A stretch of 64,000 nucleotides of DNA. Origin: an uncultured Lachnospiraceae bacterium. GTDB lineage: Bacteria > Bacillota > Clostridia > Lachnospirales > Lachnospiraceae. The stretch lies in NCBI GenBank assembly GCA_947593975.1, contig CANQDW010000003.1:1312-65311 (forward strand), written 5' to 3'. The position numbers were made by a program, and so were the translations under genes. Below, in pieces: positions 1 through 10,097 of the stretch (positions within the stretch are counted from its first letter, which is position 1; each line of letters opens with the position of its first letter). The notes under the pieces are model-generated. The model made no database searches, was not told the DNA's origin, and saw nothing but the letters and a program-made list of their open reading frames with translations.

Positions 1-2
1 GG

Positions 3-791
3 AAAATTATACAGGAAGCAGATAACGGCGAAAACGACGGAAAGGTTTATCTTGAAAAGATAAAGAAAAATTTTAATGCGCCCATGGTCAAGGTATCGGA
101 GATCGTGCGTGAGATGAGTGAGGAAGGCTGGCTTTTGTGGAAGCTTGACTCGCATAACAAAAAAACATATGTCGAAGTTACGTCTTCAGGCAGGGAGAAA
201 TGCGAGCAGCAGAGAAAAGGAATGAAGAAGATAAGGGACAGGATCGAAGAGGAAATCTCCGAAGAAGATAAGAAGGTGTTCCTTTCTGTGCTTGATACAT
301 ACGGCAGGGTAATACGCGAAGAAGTTGACCAGACAGAGGAATATTTTAATCTTATACTTGGAAAAAACAGAGATACGATGAACATCATCAGCATACTGAA
401 ACCCAAGAATACCGTAACGTATGTATATGACACGGATTCTTTGGAAGAGGTGCTGTCAGTTATACGCAAGAGCGGTTTTGCAACTATACCGGTAATAGAC
501 AGATCGGGTAAATATGCCGGAACGATAAGCGAAGGCGATATGCTGTGGTATATAGATAAGAAGGGCGGACTTGACGCGCTTAAGACTTCAAATGCTTCGG
601 ATATTGTCAATAAGACAAGAAATCCTGCCGTTAAGGATATGGTTAACAACAAGACGCTCATAGACGGCTTAAAATCACAGAATTTTTTGTGCATGGTCGA
701 CGACAGGAACTGTTTTATAGGCATCATTACCAGAAAAGAACTGCTTAAGTATTTTGAAGAGTATGTGCAGAGAAGACAAAACAGAGGTTAA
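3..791 (+). CDS. MarR-type winged-helix plus tandem CBS (YkuL/DarB-like) fusion protein, 5' truncated by window edge
   Basis: Frame is open from position 3 to the stop at 791. The N-half has a MarR wing (KKTYVEVTSSGRE). From Met at 378 it reads MNIISILKPKNTVTYV...IPVIDRSGKYAGTISEGDMLWY...FIGIITRKELL, a CBS pair. Confidence 0.75.
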   Translation, partial: KIIQEADNGENDGKVYLEKIKKNFNAPMVKVSEIVREMSEEGWLLWKLDSHNKKTYVEVTSSGREKCEQQRKGMKKIRDRIEEEISEEDKKVFLSVLDTYGRVIREEVDQTEEYFNLILGKNRDTMNIISILKPKNTVTYVYDTDSLEEVLSVIRKSGFATIPVIDRSGKYAGTISEGDMLWYIDKKGGLDALKTSNASDIVNKTRNPAVKDMVNNKTLIDGLKSQNFLCMVDDRNCFIGIITRKELLKYFEEYVQRRQNRG

Positions 792-815
792 TCTTCGCAT
801 TTTTCAAAAAAATAC

Positions 816-844
816 TTGCATTTGTTGTTATTATAGTGTATGAT
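816..844 (+). promoter_or_regulatory. Sigma-A promoter for tRNA-Glu
   Basis: TTGCAT-17 nt-TATGAT, 18 nt before the tRNA. Confidence 0.6.
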
Positions 845-862
845 AGCAAATGTTGATTGATT

Positions 863-934
863 GGTCCGTTGGTCAAGCGGCTAAGACGTCGCCCTCTCAC
901 GGCGAAAACAGGGGTTCGATTCCCCTACGGACTG
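863..934 (+). tRNA. tRNA-Glu(CTC), CCA not encoded
   Basis: Cloverleaf: acceptor GGTCCGT/ACGGACT, D-arm TGGTCAAGCGGCTAAGA, anticodon stem TCGCC-ctCTCac-GGCGA, T-arm AGGGG-TTCGATT-CCCCT. Confidence 0.95.
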
Positions 935-952
935 TTTGATTACCATAAAGGC

Positions 953-981
953 TTGCAAAGACAGGCAGATGGTGATATACT
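953..981 (+). promoter_or_regulatory. Sigma-A extended -10 promoter of the rimP-nusA-infB operon
   Basis: TTGCAA-17 nt-TATACT, with TG one base before the -10. Confidence 0.7.
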
Positions 982-1007
982 GTATACGGTTAAGTGACTG
1001 TTATGGT

Positions 1008-1040
1008 AAGAGTGGACGCAAGTTCACTCTTAACTTTTTG
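1008..1040 (+). terminator. rimP leader hairpin (attenuator-like)
   Basis: AAGAGTGGAC-GCAA-GTTCACTCTT followed by AACTTTTTG, between the promoter and the rimP start. Confidence 0.65.
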
Positions 1041-1073
1041 TTGATTGGAAATGTCGGAAAACGAGGTGAAAAT

Positions 1074-1562
1074 TTGGGAAAAAGAGAAGAATATGAAAAA
1101 AAGGCTGAAGAGCTTATACTTCCCGTTATAAATGATAATAATTTTGAACTTGTGGATATAGAATATGTAAAAGAGGGAAATAACCATATTTTGCGGGCTT
1201 ATATAGATAAAGAAGGCGGGATCACGATTGACGACTGCGAGCTTGTGAACAGGGCGATGAGCGATATACTTGATAAAAATGATTTCATAGAGGATTCATA
1301 TATATTGGAAGTAAGTTCGCCGGGACTTGGCAGACAGTTAAAAAAACCGCGCGACTTTGTAAGGAGCATCGGCAAAGATGTAGATATCAAGCTGTATAAG
1401 AACATATCCATAACGGAAAACGGCAGACAGATAAACGCCAGGGAGTTTACAGGAAGGCTTGACGGCTATGACGGGGATACGGTTTTGGTATTTTTGGGAG
1501 AAGAGACTAAAAACATTCCATGCAGCGATATTGCGGTAATAAGATTATCAATTGATTTTTAA
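1074..1562 (+). CDS. rimP: Ribosome maturation factor RimP
   Basis: LRAYIDKEGGITIDDCE...YILEVSSPGLGRQL motifs; TTG start after a GAGGTGA SD (the ORF track start of 936 is too long). Confidence 0.95.
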   Translation: MGKREEYEKKAEELILPVINDNNFELVDIEYVKEGNNHILRAYIDKEGGITIDDCELVNRAMSDILDKNDFIEDSYILEVSSPGLGRQLKKPRDFVRSIGKDVDIKLYKNISITENGRQINAREFTGRLDGYDGDTVLVFLGEETKNIPCSDIAVIRLSIDF

Positions 1563-1600
1563 ATAATTTATTAATGTTATATTTTAGGAGGATAATTAAA

Positions 1601-2647
1601 ATGAGCGAGATTGATAGTAAGGACCTGATTGCAGCGCTTGACGAGCTTGAGAGAGAAAAAGAGATAAGTAAAGATATCATATTGGAAGCTATAGAAAATT
1701 CACTGCTTGCGGCATGTAAAAACCATTTTGGCAAAGCTGATAATATCAAGGTGAATATTGACAGGGAAACAGGGGAAGTAAACGTATACGCCGAAAAAGA
1801 AGTGACAGAAGAAGTTGAAGACGACGTTCTGCAGATAAGCCTTTCGGACGCAAGAAAAGAATTTGGAAACGATATAGCACCGGGCGATACCGTAAATGTT
1901 GTCGTAACCCCTAAGAATTTCGGAAGGATAGCCGCGCAGAAGGCGAAGCAGGTAGTTGTGCAGAAGATACGCGAGGAAGAAAGAAAAGTAATATATAACC
2001 AGTATTATGAAAAAGAAAGAGATATAATCACAGGAACCGTACAGAGGATAGTTAACGGCAATATATCGATAAATCTTGGCAAGATAGATACTGTACTTAC
2101 TGAAAATGAACAGGTTAAGACAGAACATTTCAGACCGTCCGATACGATAAAGCTTTATGTCGTGGAAGTAAAAGATACTACAAAAGGACCAAGGATAAGC
2201 GTTTCAAGGACGCATCCCGAGTTAGTAAAAAGGCTTTTTGAATACGAAGTTGCAGAGATCGCCGACGGAACCGTTGAGATAATGGCTATTGCTAGAGAAG
2301 CAGGTTCCCGCACAAAGATGGCGGTATATTCAGATAATCCTGACGTAGATCCCGTAGGTGCCTGCGTAGGCGTAAACGGCGCCAGGGTTAATGAAGTGGT
2401 TGAGGAGCTTAGAGGAGAGAAGATTGACATAATCAACTGGAGCGACGATCCGGGAACTCTCATTGAAAATGCCCTAAGCCCTTCAAAGGTAATATCTGTA
2501 GAAATCGATGAAGAAGAGAAGAAAGCGAGCGTTATCGTACCTGATTACCAGCTGTCGCTGGCTATAGGAAAAGAAGGACAGAACGCAAGGCTTGCCGCAA
2601 AGTTAAGCGGATATAAGATTGATATTAAGAGCGACGCTGATTTTTAA
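1601..2647 (+). CDS. nusA: Transcription termination factor NusA
   Basis: FGRIAAQKAKQ, S1 and KH domains, AREAGSRTK, AIGKEGQNARLA; AGGAGG SD before 1601. Confidence 0.98.
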   Translation: MSEIDSKDLIAALDELEREKEISKDIILEAIENSLLAACKNHFGKADNIKVNIDRETGEVNVYAEKEVTEEVEDDVLQISLSDARKEFGNDIAPGDTVNVVVTPKNFGRIAAQKAKQVVVQKIREEERKVIYNQYYEKERDIITGTVQRIVNGNISINLGKIDTVLTENEQVKTEHFRPSDTIKLYVVEVKDTTKGPRISVSRTHPELVKRLFEYEVAEIADGTVEIMAIAREAGSRTKMAVYSDNPDVDPVGACVGVNGARVNEVVEELRGEKIDIINWSDDPGTLIENALSPSKVISVEIDEEEKKASVIVPDYQLSLAIGKEGQNARLAAKLSGYKIDIKSDADF

Positions 2648-2659
2648 GGAGGTTTCTGC

Positions 2660-2935
2660 TTGAAAACAAAAAGGGTACCAATGCGTACGTGTGTTGGCTG
2701 TCATGAATTAAAGAAAAAGATCGAGCTTATGAGGGTGATAAAAACGCCCGAAGGAGATATCGTCTATGATGACACAGGCAGAAAGAACGGACGGGGAGCT
2801 TATATATGTCCTTCGGCAGAATGTCTGCATAAAGCAAGAAGATCGGGAGCTATAGAGCGTTCGCTTGGAACGGCTGTGCCTGATGAGGTTTATGATGTTA
2901 TAGAAAGGCAGATGTCAGGTATTGAAAAGAAATAA
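2660..2935 (+). CDS. rnpM: YlxR / RNase P modulator RnpM
   Basis: PMRTCVGC...GRKNGRGAYIC, downstream of nusA. Confidence 0.92.
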   Translation: MKTKRVPMRTCVGCHELKKKIELMRVIKTPEGDIVYDDTGRKNGRGAYICPSAECLHKARRSGAIERSLGTAVPDEVYDVIERQMSGIEKK

Positions 2936-3251
2936 GGTATATTCTTATATTGGTTTTGCAATGAAGTCCGGCAATATAAAAAGCGGTGAATTTGCTGTGG
3001 AAAAAGCGGTAAAGTCACAAAATGCATATGTTGTGATCGTAGCCGGCGACGCATCTGCCAATACCAAAAAAAAGTTTTACAATATGTGTGAATTTTACGA
3101 AACAGCGTTTTTTGTATACGGTACGAAAGACGAACTGGGGCATTGCATCGGGAAAGAATACAGGTCGTCATTGGCCGTAACTGACCGGGGGCTGGCTGAT
3201 GCCATTATTCAGAATATTAACCAGGAGGTAGTAGATATATGGCAAAAATGA
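2922..3251 (+). CDS. ylxQ: L7Ae/L30e-family RNA-binding protein YlxQ
   Basis: [10 protein letters not shown]...[12 protein letters not shown]...ELGHCIGK; conserved position in the operon. Confidence 0.92.
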   Translation: MKRNKVYSYIGFAMKSGNIKSGEFAVEKAVKSQNAYVVIVAGDASANTKKKFYNMCEFYETAFFVYGTKDELGHCIGKEYRSSLAVTDRGLADAIIQNINQEVVDIWQK

Positions 3252-5776
3252 AAATACATGAGATTTCAAAAAGTTTACAGACGCAGGGCTTGAAAATAAA
3301 AAGTTCTGATCTTGTAAAGCTGTTGAATGAAAATGGTTTCGAGGTAAAAGGGGCGAACAGTAATATAGAAGACCCCGCTATTGCTTTTTTGCTCCGTAAG
3401 TTTGCAGAACCGGCAGCAGGGGCAAAAACAAAGGCGGCAAAGCCAGATGATTCTCCGGGTAATAAAAAAGACGCGCCTAAAAAGGAAGCGTCAAAGAAAG
3501 AGCCGCCAAAGAAGGAAGAAAAGAAAGATGCTCCAAAGAAAGAGCCGTCTTTAAAAGAGGATAATAAAAAGCCTGCGGCGCAGGAAGAAAGGAAACCGCA
3601 GAGACCTGTAAGAAATGATAACGGCGGAAGCGCGCGAGGAAATAATTACAGGAATGAACGCCCGTCCGACAGAGGAAACAGAAACGACCGCGGCGACAGA
3701 CGCCCGGGAATGTCAAGAAACCAAAACGGACAAAAAGGCGGTATGCGCAGTCAGGACGGAAACGATACAAGAGTGCTTGAAAAATTCAAAAAGAGCCAGT
3801 CGGGATTTGACGGCATCAAGCAGGAACAAAAGAGCGGAAGGAACCAGAGAGGCTCAAAAGGCGGTAAAAAAGATAACAATAAAAAATACGCAAAAGAGAA
3901 AAAGATCTATGACGACAATGATACGATCAGAATGACAAAACCTAATAAGAAGAAAGATCCTAACCGTAAAGGGGCATTTATAAAACCTGAAGTTGTAGTG
4001 CATGAAGAACCTGAGGATACGATCCGTACGATCACGCTCCCTGAAAAGATGACGCTTAGAGAACTCGGCGATATGATAAAAGTTCCGCCGGCGCAGATAG
4101 TAAAGAAACTTTTCATGAAGGGACAGATGGTATCCATAAGTCAGGAGATTTCATTTGATGAGGCTTCGGAGATCGCGCTTGAGTACAACTGTATCGCCGA
4201 AGAAGAGGAAAAGGTGGATGTTATCGCGGAGCTTCTTAAAGAAGGCGAAGAAGATGAATCAAGGCTCGTTAAGCGTCCTCCTGTAGTGTGTGTAATGGGA
4301 CACGTCGATCATGGCAAGACTTCGCTTCTTGACGCGATAAGGAATACTAACGTAATTGCAAGGGAAGCCGGAGGCATTACACAGCATATAGGCGCATATA
4401 TGGTTGAGTGCAACGGCGAGAATATAACTTTCTTAGACACGCCGGGACACGAAGCATTTACATCAATGCGTATGAGAGGCGCAAAGTCTACTGATATCGC
4501 GATACTTGTCGTTGCGGCGGACGACGGCGTTATGCCGCAGACGGTGGAAGCGATCAACCATGCAAAAGCGGCGGGCGTTGAGATCATAGTTGCAGTAAAT
4601 AAAATTGATAAACCGGGCGCTAACGTAGAGCGCGTAAAGCAGGAACTTGTAGAATATGAACTTGTTTCGGAAGAATGGGGCGGTTCGACGATATTTGTCC
4701 CGGTATCGGCAAAGACGGGCGAAGGAATAGAAAATCTTCTGGAAATGATACTTCTTACTGCGGAGATAATTGAGCTTAAAGCGGATCCCGACAGGAATGC
4801 AAGAGGAATAGTAATAGAAGCAAGGCTTGATAAAGGAAGAGGACCTGTTGCCACGATACTCGTACAGAAAGGTACGTTAAAGATAGGCGACCATATCGTT
4901 ATCGGTTCGGCGCACGGAAAAGTCCGCGCTATGATGGACGATAGAGGAAAGAAAGTAAAGGAAGCTGCGCCGTCTACACCGGTTGAGATACTCGGACTTA
5001 ATGTAGTTCCGGACGCCGGAGAGGTATTTATCACAACCGACAGTGAAAAAGAGGCAAGGACGATCGTTGATGCATATATAAGCCAGAGCAAGGCAAGACT
5101 TATAGAAGATACCAAGTCGGTAATGTCTCTTGACGGATTGTTCAACCAGATCCAGGCAGGAAACATAAAAGAACTTAATATTATAGTAAAGGCTGACGTA
5201 CAGGGTTCTGTTGAGGCAGTTAAACAAAGCCTCCTGAAATTATCGGATGAGGAAGTTGCAATAAGGATAATCCATGGCGGAGTAGGAGCAATTACTGAAT
5301 CCGACGTATCGCTTGCCATTGCTTCAAGCGCTATTATCATAGGATTCAATGTGCGTCCTGACAATATGGCAAAATCGACGGCTGAGCGTGAAAAAGTTGA
5401 TGTAAGGCTTTATAAGGTAATATATGATGCCATTGCCGATATTGAAGCGGCTATGAAGGGAATGTTAGATCCTATATATGAAGAAAAGGTTATCGGTCAT
5501 GCGGAAGTCCGTCAGACATTTAAAGCGTCAGGGCTTGGAACCATTGCAGGTTCTTATGTGCTTGACGGCAAGATCGAAAGAGGCTGCAGGGCGCGTATAA
5601 GCCGCGGTGATGAACAGATATTTGAAGGAGCTTTGGCATCGCTTAAGCGATTCAAAGACGACGTTAAGGAAGTCGCTGCGGGATATGAATGCGGACTTGT
5701 ATTTGAAGGCTTTAATGATATCAGCATAGAAGACAGGGTAGAACTGTATGTAATGGTTGAAGTTCCAAGAAAATAA
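3239..5776 (+). CDS. infB: Translation initiation factor IF-2
   Basis: [32 protein letters not shown]; low-complexity Lys/Glu/Pro N-terminus. Confidence 0.99.
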   Translation: MAKMKIHEISKSLQTQGLKIKSSDLVKLLNENGFEVKGANSNIEDPAIAFLLRKFAEPAAGAKTKAAKPDDSPGNKKDAPKKEASKKEPPKKEEKKDAPKKEPSLKEDNKKPAAQEERKPQRPVRNDNGGSARGNNYRNERPSDRGNRNDRGDRRPGMSRNQNGQKGGMRSQDGNDTRVLEKFKKSQSGFDGIKQEQKSGRNQRGSKGGKKDNNKKYAKEKKIYDDNDTIRMTKPNKKKDPNRKGAFIKPEVVVHEEPEDTIRTITLPEKMTLRELGDMIKVPPAQIVKKLFMKGQMVSISQEISFDEASEIALEYNCIAEEEEKVDVIAELLKEGEEDESRLVKRPPVVCVMGHVDHGKTSLLDAIRNTNVIAREAGGITQHIGAYMVECNGENITFLDTPGHEAFTSMRMRGAKSTDIAILVVAADDGVMPQTVEAINHAKAAGVEIIVAVNKIDKPGANVERVKQELVEYELVSEEWGGSTIFVPVSAKTGEGIENLLEMILLTAEIIELKADPDRNARGIVIEARLDKGRGPVATILVQKGTLKIGDHIVIGSAHGKVRAMMDDRGKKVKEAAPSTPVEILGLNVVPDAGEVFITTDSEKEARTIVDAYISQSKARLIEDTKSVMSLDGLFNQIQAGNIKELNIIVKADVQGSVEAVKQSLLKLSDEEVAIRIIHGGVGAITESDVSLAIASSAIIIGFNVRPDNMAKSTAEREKVDVRLYKVIYDAIADIEAAMKGMLDPIYEEKVIGHAEVRQTFKASGLGTIAGSYVLDGKIERGCRARISRGDEQIFEGALASLKRFKDDVKEVAAGYECGLVFEGFNDISIEDRVELYVMVEVPRK

Positions 5777-5841
5777 TAACATACTTTATGCAGGGGGACT
5801 GTTTTATGCAGTTCCTTTGCAGTTTAACGGAGGCTATTATC

Positions 5842-6225
5842 ATGAACCGAAAGAGCAGTAAGAAATATATAAAAGAAACAAAGATAAATGAAGCGATGCT
5901 TCGCGAGATAAGCAGGATCATAAGAGATGAGGTAAAAGATCCCGCCATTCCCGATATGACTTCGGTAACGGGAGTATCGGTAACGGGAGATCTTAGATAC
6001 GCCACTGTGCGTGTAAGCGTATATGGAGATGATGAGGTTAAGGAAAAAGCGATTAAAGCATTGAAAAAAGCGGCTCCTTTTGTAAGAAGCAGGGTGGCTG
6101 CCGGTATGAATATGCGCTATACGCCCGAGATTAAATTTGTGCCTGATGGCGCTATTGAATATGGCGTTAATATGATAAGTAAGATCAATAAGCTCATGAG
6201 AGAGGAAAAAAGCAATGAAGAATGA
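5842..6225 (+). CDS. rbfA: Ribosome-binding factor A
   Basis: DLRYATVRVS...MRYTPEIKF; GGAGG SD before 5842. Confidence 0.95.
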   Translation: MNRKSSKKYIKETKINEAMLREISRIIRDEVKDPAIPDMTSVTGVSVTGDLRYATVRVSVYGDDEVKEKAIKALKKAAPFVRSRVAAGMNMRYTPEIKFVPDGAIEYGVNMISKINKLMREEKSNEE

Positions 6226-7162
6226 TATTTTTAATGCTATAGAGATGTCCGATACGATAGCGGTAGGAGGACATGTGCGGCCGGACGGCGACTGCGCCGG
6301 CGCGTGCCTTGCCGTCTATCAATATATACGGAAAGTATATCCGGATAAAAAAGTATATGTATATTCAGATAAGATACCGGAAGTATTTAGCTATATAAAA
6401 GGGTATGAAGCTGCGAAACCGGATGAGATTACGGAACCTGTGGATCTGTTCATATCGCTCGACTGCAGTTCGGTCGACAGGCACTGCGACCAGGGAAAAT
6501 GTTTTAATTCGGCAAAGCATACCGTAAACATAGACCACCATATAAGCAATAACGGATTTGCGCAGATCAATCTGGTAGAACCGAAAGCAAGCTCGACCTG
6601 CGAGGTAGTCTTTGGCCTGTTTGACGAGTCTGTGATAGACAGCGACATAGCGACGGCGTTATATACGGGGATAGTGCATGACACGGGTGTGTTTACATAC
6701 AGCAATACTTCGAGAAAAACTATGGAAACGGCAGGATTCCTTCTGGAAAAAGATATAGATACCGATAAGATAATCGACGAATCGTTTTATGAGAAAACCT
6801 ATAAGCAAAACCTCATACTCGGAAGATGCATATTGGAGAGCAGGCTCATCCTTGACGGCAAAGTTATTGTGTCAGTAGCGACGGAAGAACTTATGAAGGA
6901 ATATGACGTTACGGCGCAGGATCTGGAAGGCATTGTAAATCAGTTACGACTTACAAAAGGCGTAAAGGCAGCGGTATTTGTATATCAGCTTAAAGAAAAT
7001 GAATATAAAGTCAGCCTGCGCGCAAACGGCAGTACGGACGTAAGCAAAGTTGCGGTAAGTTTCGGAGGCGGCGGACACGTAAAAGCGGCGGGATGCACCC
7101 TGTACGGCGATCTTTGTGGACAGATGGAAAAACTTATAAGCAGGATTGGAGTTATTTTATAG
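6215..7162 (+). CDS. nrnA: DHH/DHHA1 phosphoesterase (NrnA-like nanoRNase/pAp phosphatase)
   Basis: HVRPDGDC, IDHH, HDTG, GGGGHVKAAG motifs. Confidence 0.9.
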   Translation: MKNDIFNAIEMSDTIAVGGHVRPDGDCAGACLAVYQYIRKVYPDKKVYVYSDKIPEVFSYIKGYEAAKPDEITEPVDLFISLDCSSVDRHCDQGKCFNSAKHTVNIDHHISNNGFAQINLVEPKASSTCEVVFGLFDESVIDSDIATALYTGIVHDTGVFTYSNTSRKTMETAGFLLEKDIDTDKIIDESFYEKTYKQNLILGRCILESRLILDGKVIVSVATEELMKEYDVTAQDLEGIVNQLRLTKGVKAAVFVYQLKENEYKVSLRANGSTDVSKVAVSFGGGGHVKAAGCTLYGDLCGQMEKLISRIGVIL

Positions 7163-8083
7163 TTGGACGGAATCATAAATATATATAAGGAAAAAGGTTA
7201 CACATCGCATGATGTTGTGGCGGTATTAAGAAAGATTACCGGGATAAAAAAAATAGGACATACCGGTACGCTTGACCCGGAAGCAAAAGGAGTGCTTCCG
7301 GTATGTATCGGGAAAGCGACCAAATTGTGCGGATATATGACCGATAAGGATAAAGAATATGTTGCTAAGGTAAAGCTCGGCATTGTGACGGATACTCTTG
7401 ATATGACCGGAAATATATTAAAAGAAGGAAGATATGACGGCGACGAACAGGGTATAATAAACGCGGCAAAGATGTTTGTCGGAAATATCATGCAGACGCC
7501 GCCGATGTATTCCGCGGTAAAAGTAAACGGGAAAAAATTATACGAGCTTGCAAGAAATAATATAGAGGTCGAAAGAAAAGAACGAGCGGTATATGTATAT
7601 TCGCTTGATGTTTTTGACACTGATACAAAGCACCAGGAATTTAAGTTAAGGGCGAAGGTTTCAAAGGGAACTTATATACGCTCGCTGTGCGACGACATAG
7701 GAAAAGCCCTTGGATGCGGGGCGTGTATGTCGGAACTTGAAAGAGTGCGTTCGGGAGTATTTGATATTGAAAGCAGCATTACGCTTGCGCAGGCGGAAGA
7801 TATCGTAAAGGAGGGCGGATTATCCGCGCTGTCCGGGTATATTGTCCGTATGGGAGATGTTTTTGCGCTCGATAAAGCGATAATGAAAGAGGAATATGAC
7901 ATAAGGGTAAAGAACGGGAATGATGTTTCAAAAGATATGTTTCTCCCGTATGAAAAAAAAGGAAGCATAGAACCTTTTATAGATATAAAAGATTCGATAG
8001 CCGTATATCTGTCGGACGGTATATTTAAAGCCATATACAAAAAAAGCGGTACGGATACATACCGCGTACTCAAAATGTTTTAG
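7163..8083 (+). CDS. truB: tRNA pseudouridine(55) synthase
   Basis: KIGHTGTLDPEAKGVL, PPMYSAVKVNG, SKGTYIRSL. Confidence 0.98.
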   Translation: MDGIINIYKEKGYTSHDVVAVLRKITGIKKIGHTGTLDPEAKGVLPVCIGKATKLCGYMTDKDKEYVAKVKLGIVTDTLDMTGNILKEGRYDGDEQGIINAAKMFVGNIMQTPPMYSAVKVNGKKLYELARNNIEVERKERAVYVYSLDVFDTDTKHQEFKLRAKVSKGTYIRSLCDDIGKALGCGACMSELERVRSGVFDIESSITLAQAEDIVKEGGLSALSGYIVRMGDVFALDKAIMKEEYDIRVKNGNDVSKDMFLPYEKKGSIEPFIDIKDSIAVYLSDGIFKAIYKKSGTDTYRVLKMF

Positions 8084-8094
8084 GAGCGGCACGG

Positions 8095-9045
8095 ATGAAG
8101 ATAATCAAAGGATCGGATAATAAATTTACAGAACCCTCGGCAGTTACGATAGGCAAATTTGACGGACTGCACATAGGGCACAGAAAACTAATCAGACATA
8201 CCCTTAATTATAAGAAGGATGGGTATAAGTCTGTAGTATTTACATTTGACATATCTGCCGGCGAAGCCCTTAAAGAAGACGGGAGGAAATATATATATAC
8301 GGCGGACGAAAAAAGGATCATGCTTTCTAAAACAGGCGCAGACATACTGGTGGAATGTCCTTTTGATCGCAGGCTTATGCATATGCCGCCGGAAGAATTT
8401 TTTAAGGATGTCCTTATTGATAAGATCAACGCAAAAGCTGTTATAGTCGGAGAGGATTTTCGTTTTGGCTATCAGAGAGCCGGCGATACAGACCTTCTTT
8501 TCAGATTATGCAGCGAATATAAAATTGCCCTTGAAGTAATTAAAAAGGAATGTGTTTCGGGATACGAGGCAGCAAGTACGCTTATAAGGTCAGAGCTTTT
8601 AAAGGGCAATATGGAAGCTGTAAACGATATGCTTGGATGTCCGTATACGATATATGCAGCTGTGGAACATGGCAGAAAACTTGGCAGGACGCTTGATATG
8701 CCGACGGTAAATACACCTGTCTCCCCGATTAAGCTTATTCCGCCAAACGGGGTTTATGCATCGCTTGTAAAATATAAAGACAGGATATATAAGGGCGTGA
8801 CAAATATAGGATTAAAGCCCACTATAGAAGGAATGCGGAGCGTCGGGGCGGAAACCTATATATTTGATTTTGATGCCGATATATACGGAGAAGATATTGC
8901 CGTAGGGCTTCTTAGTTTCAGGCGTAAAGAAGTAAAATTCGGAAGTCTGTCCGAATTAAAGGAACAGATGCATAAGGATAAGGAAGACGCTTTTAAGTAT
9001 ATTGAAAAGTCTTTTCGTCCGGATTGGGGTGAACTTTTTGGATAA
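8095..9045 (+). CDS. ribF: Riboflavin kinase / FAD synthetase
   Basis: GKFDGLHIGH, GEDFRFG, GRTLDMPTVN, NIGLKPT. Confidence 0.97.
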   Translation: MKIIKGSDNKFTEPSAVTIGKFDGLHIGHRKLIRHTLNYKKDGYKSVVFTFDISAGEALKEDGRKYIYTADEKRIMLSKTGADILVECPFDRRLMHMPPEEFFKDVLIDKINAKAVIVGEDFRFGYQRAGDTDLLFRLCSEYKIALEVIKKECVSGYEAASTLIRSELLKGNMEAVNDMLGCPYTIYAAVEHGRKLGRTLDMPTVNTPVSPIKLIPPNGVYASLVKYKDRIYKGVTNIGLKPTIEGMRSVGAETYIFDFDADIYGEDIAVGLLSFRRKEVKFGSLSELKEQMHKDKEDAFKYIEKSFRPDWGELFG

Positions 9046-10045
9046 CGGGTTTTATAACCGGAGGTTTGACAGCATACAGCTTTTAAGGGCGGCAGCAGCC
9101 ATAAGCGTGATATTTAACCATATGGCGTTTATAGGAAAAGGCGCGTTTGGTGTAGATATATTTTTCTGCATAAGCGGATTTATAATGATGTACGTTACCG
9201 AAACGGATACGGATTATTTTTTCGTAAAAAGGTTAATAAGGCTCGCGCCTTTATATTATTTTATGACTGCCGTAACTTATATCGGGGTAACTGCCGCGCC
9301 GCAGCTTTTTGATAAGACTACGGCCGATCCTTTAATGCTTCTTAAATCAATATTTTTCATACCGTATACGATCGGAGATACGATACAGCCTATAGTACGC
9401 GTAGGCTGGACTCTTAATTATGAAATGTTTTTTTATCTCATAATATGGGTGTCTTTAAAGATCAGCAAAAAATACAGGGGGATAATTGCTTCGCTCATAA
9501 TATTTGTCCTTGTGATCGCAGGGAGTTTTTATGAAGGCGGCAATGTTATCGTACGGTTTTTTACTGATTCGATCATGACTGAATTTATATATGGGATACT
9601 TGCGTACGAAATCCACAGATATGCCGCCGCGCATTATGAAAATATGGATATTTCGGTAAGGCTGCCTGTATTTTTGCTGGCGGTATGTTCATATGCGCTT
9701 CTGTGGGTCGTGGATTACGACAAAGTATTTTCTTACAGCTGCAGGGCTGTAATATACGGAGTGCCTGCATTTATTATCTTTAACGGTATCTTTGTGGCGG
9801 GATACGGCGCAAAGATACCCCGTGTATTCGTATGGCTTGGAGATATAAGCTATTCTATGTATCTTATACATTATTTTATAGTACGTCTGTATAACCGTTA
9901 TCTGTGCCCTGACGGGATATGCGACGGGACGGCTCTTATAGGGGCGGTTTTTGCCGTCTTTGTCACAGTGTGCGCCGGAGCGGTAAGTTACGCCCTGTTT
10001 GAAAAGAAACTCAATACATATCTCAGGAAAAAGATCCTGCATTAA
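9029..10045 (+). CDS. Acyltransferase-3 (OafA-like) membrane O-acyltransferase
   Basis: FDSIQLLRAAAAISVIFNH, GVDIFFCISGF, RLIRL, WTLNYE, LGDISYSMYLIH; multiple TM helices; likely GTG start at 9029. Confidence 0.88.
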   Translation: MNFLDNGFYNRRFDSIQLLRAAAAISVIFNHMAFIGKGAFGVDIFFCISGFIMMYVTETDTDYFFVKRLIRLAPLYYFMTAVTYIGVTAAPQLFDKTTADPLMLLKSIFFIPYTIGDTIQPIVRVGWTLNYEMFFYLIIWVSLKISKKYRGIIASLIIFVLVIAGSFYEGGNVIVRFFTDSIMTEFIYGILAYEIHRYAAAHYENMDISVRLPVFLLAVCSYALLWVVDYDKVFSYSCRAVIYGVPAFIIFNGIFVAGYGAKIPRVFVWLGDISYSMYLIHYFIVRLYNRYLCPDGICDGTALIGAVFAVFVTVCAGAVSYALFEKKLNTYLRKKILH

Positions 10046-10067
10046 AAATTTTGCCGCGGCATATATT
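10039..10067 (+). promoter_or_regulatory. Putative sigma-E (mother cell) promoter for yqfC-yqfD
   Basis: GCATTAA-14 nt-CATATATT resembles the sigma-E consensus; yqfCD is sigma-E dependent in B. subtilis. Confidence 0.5.
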
Positions 10068-10097
10068 TTAAAGATAAATATTTGCGGGAGAACTGCC

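Noticed and set aside
47-727. 226-aa minus-strand ORF
   Set aside because: Antisense to the MarR-CBS gene, which has recognisable domains.
863-960. tRNA-Glu as a possible island integration site
   Set aside because: No integrase, no duplicated tRNA 3' end seen, and core genes follow immediately.
3466-3560. Repeated KKDAP/KKEP units in infB
   Set aside because: Ordinary low-complexity IF-2 N-terminal linker; not a DNA repeat element.
4309-5364. 351-aa minus-strand ORF
   Set aside because: Antisense shadow of infB; no SD or recognisable motif, and its composition mirrors the sense codons.
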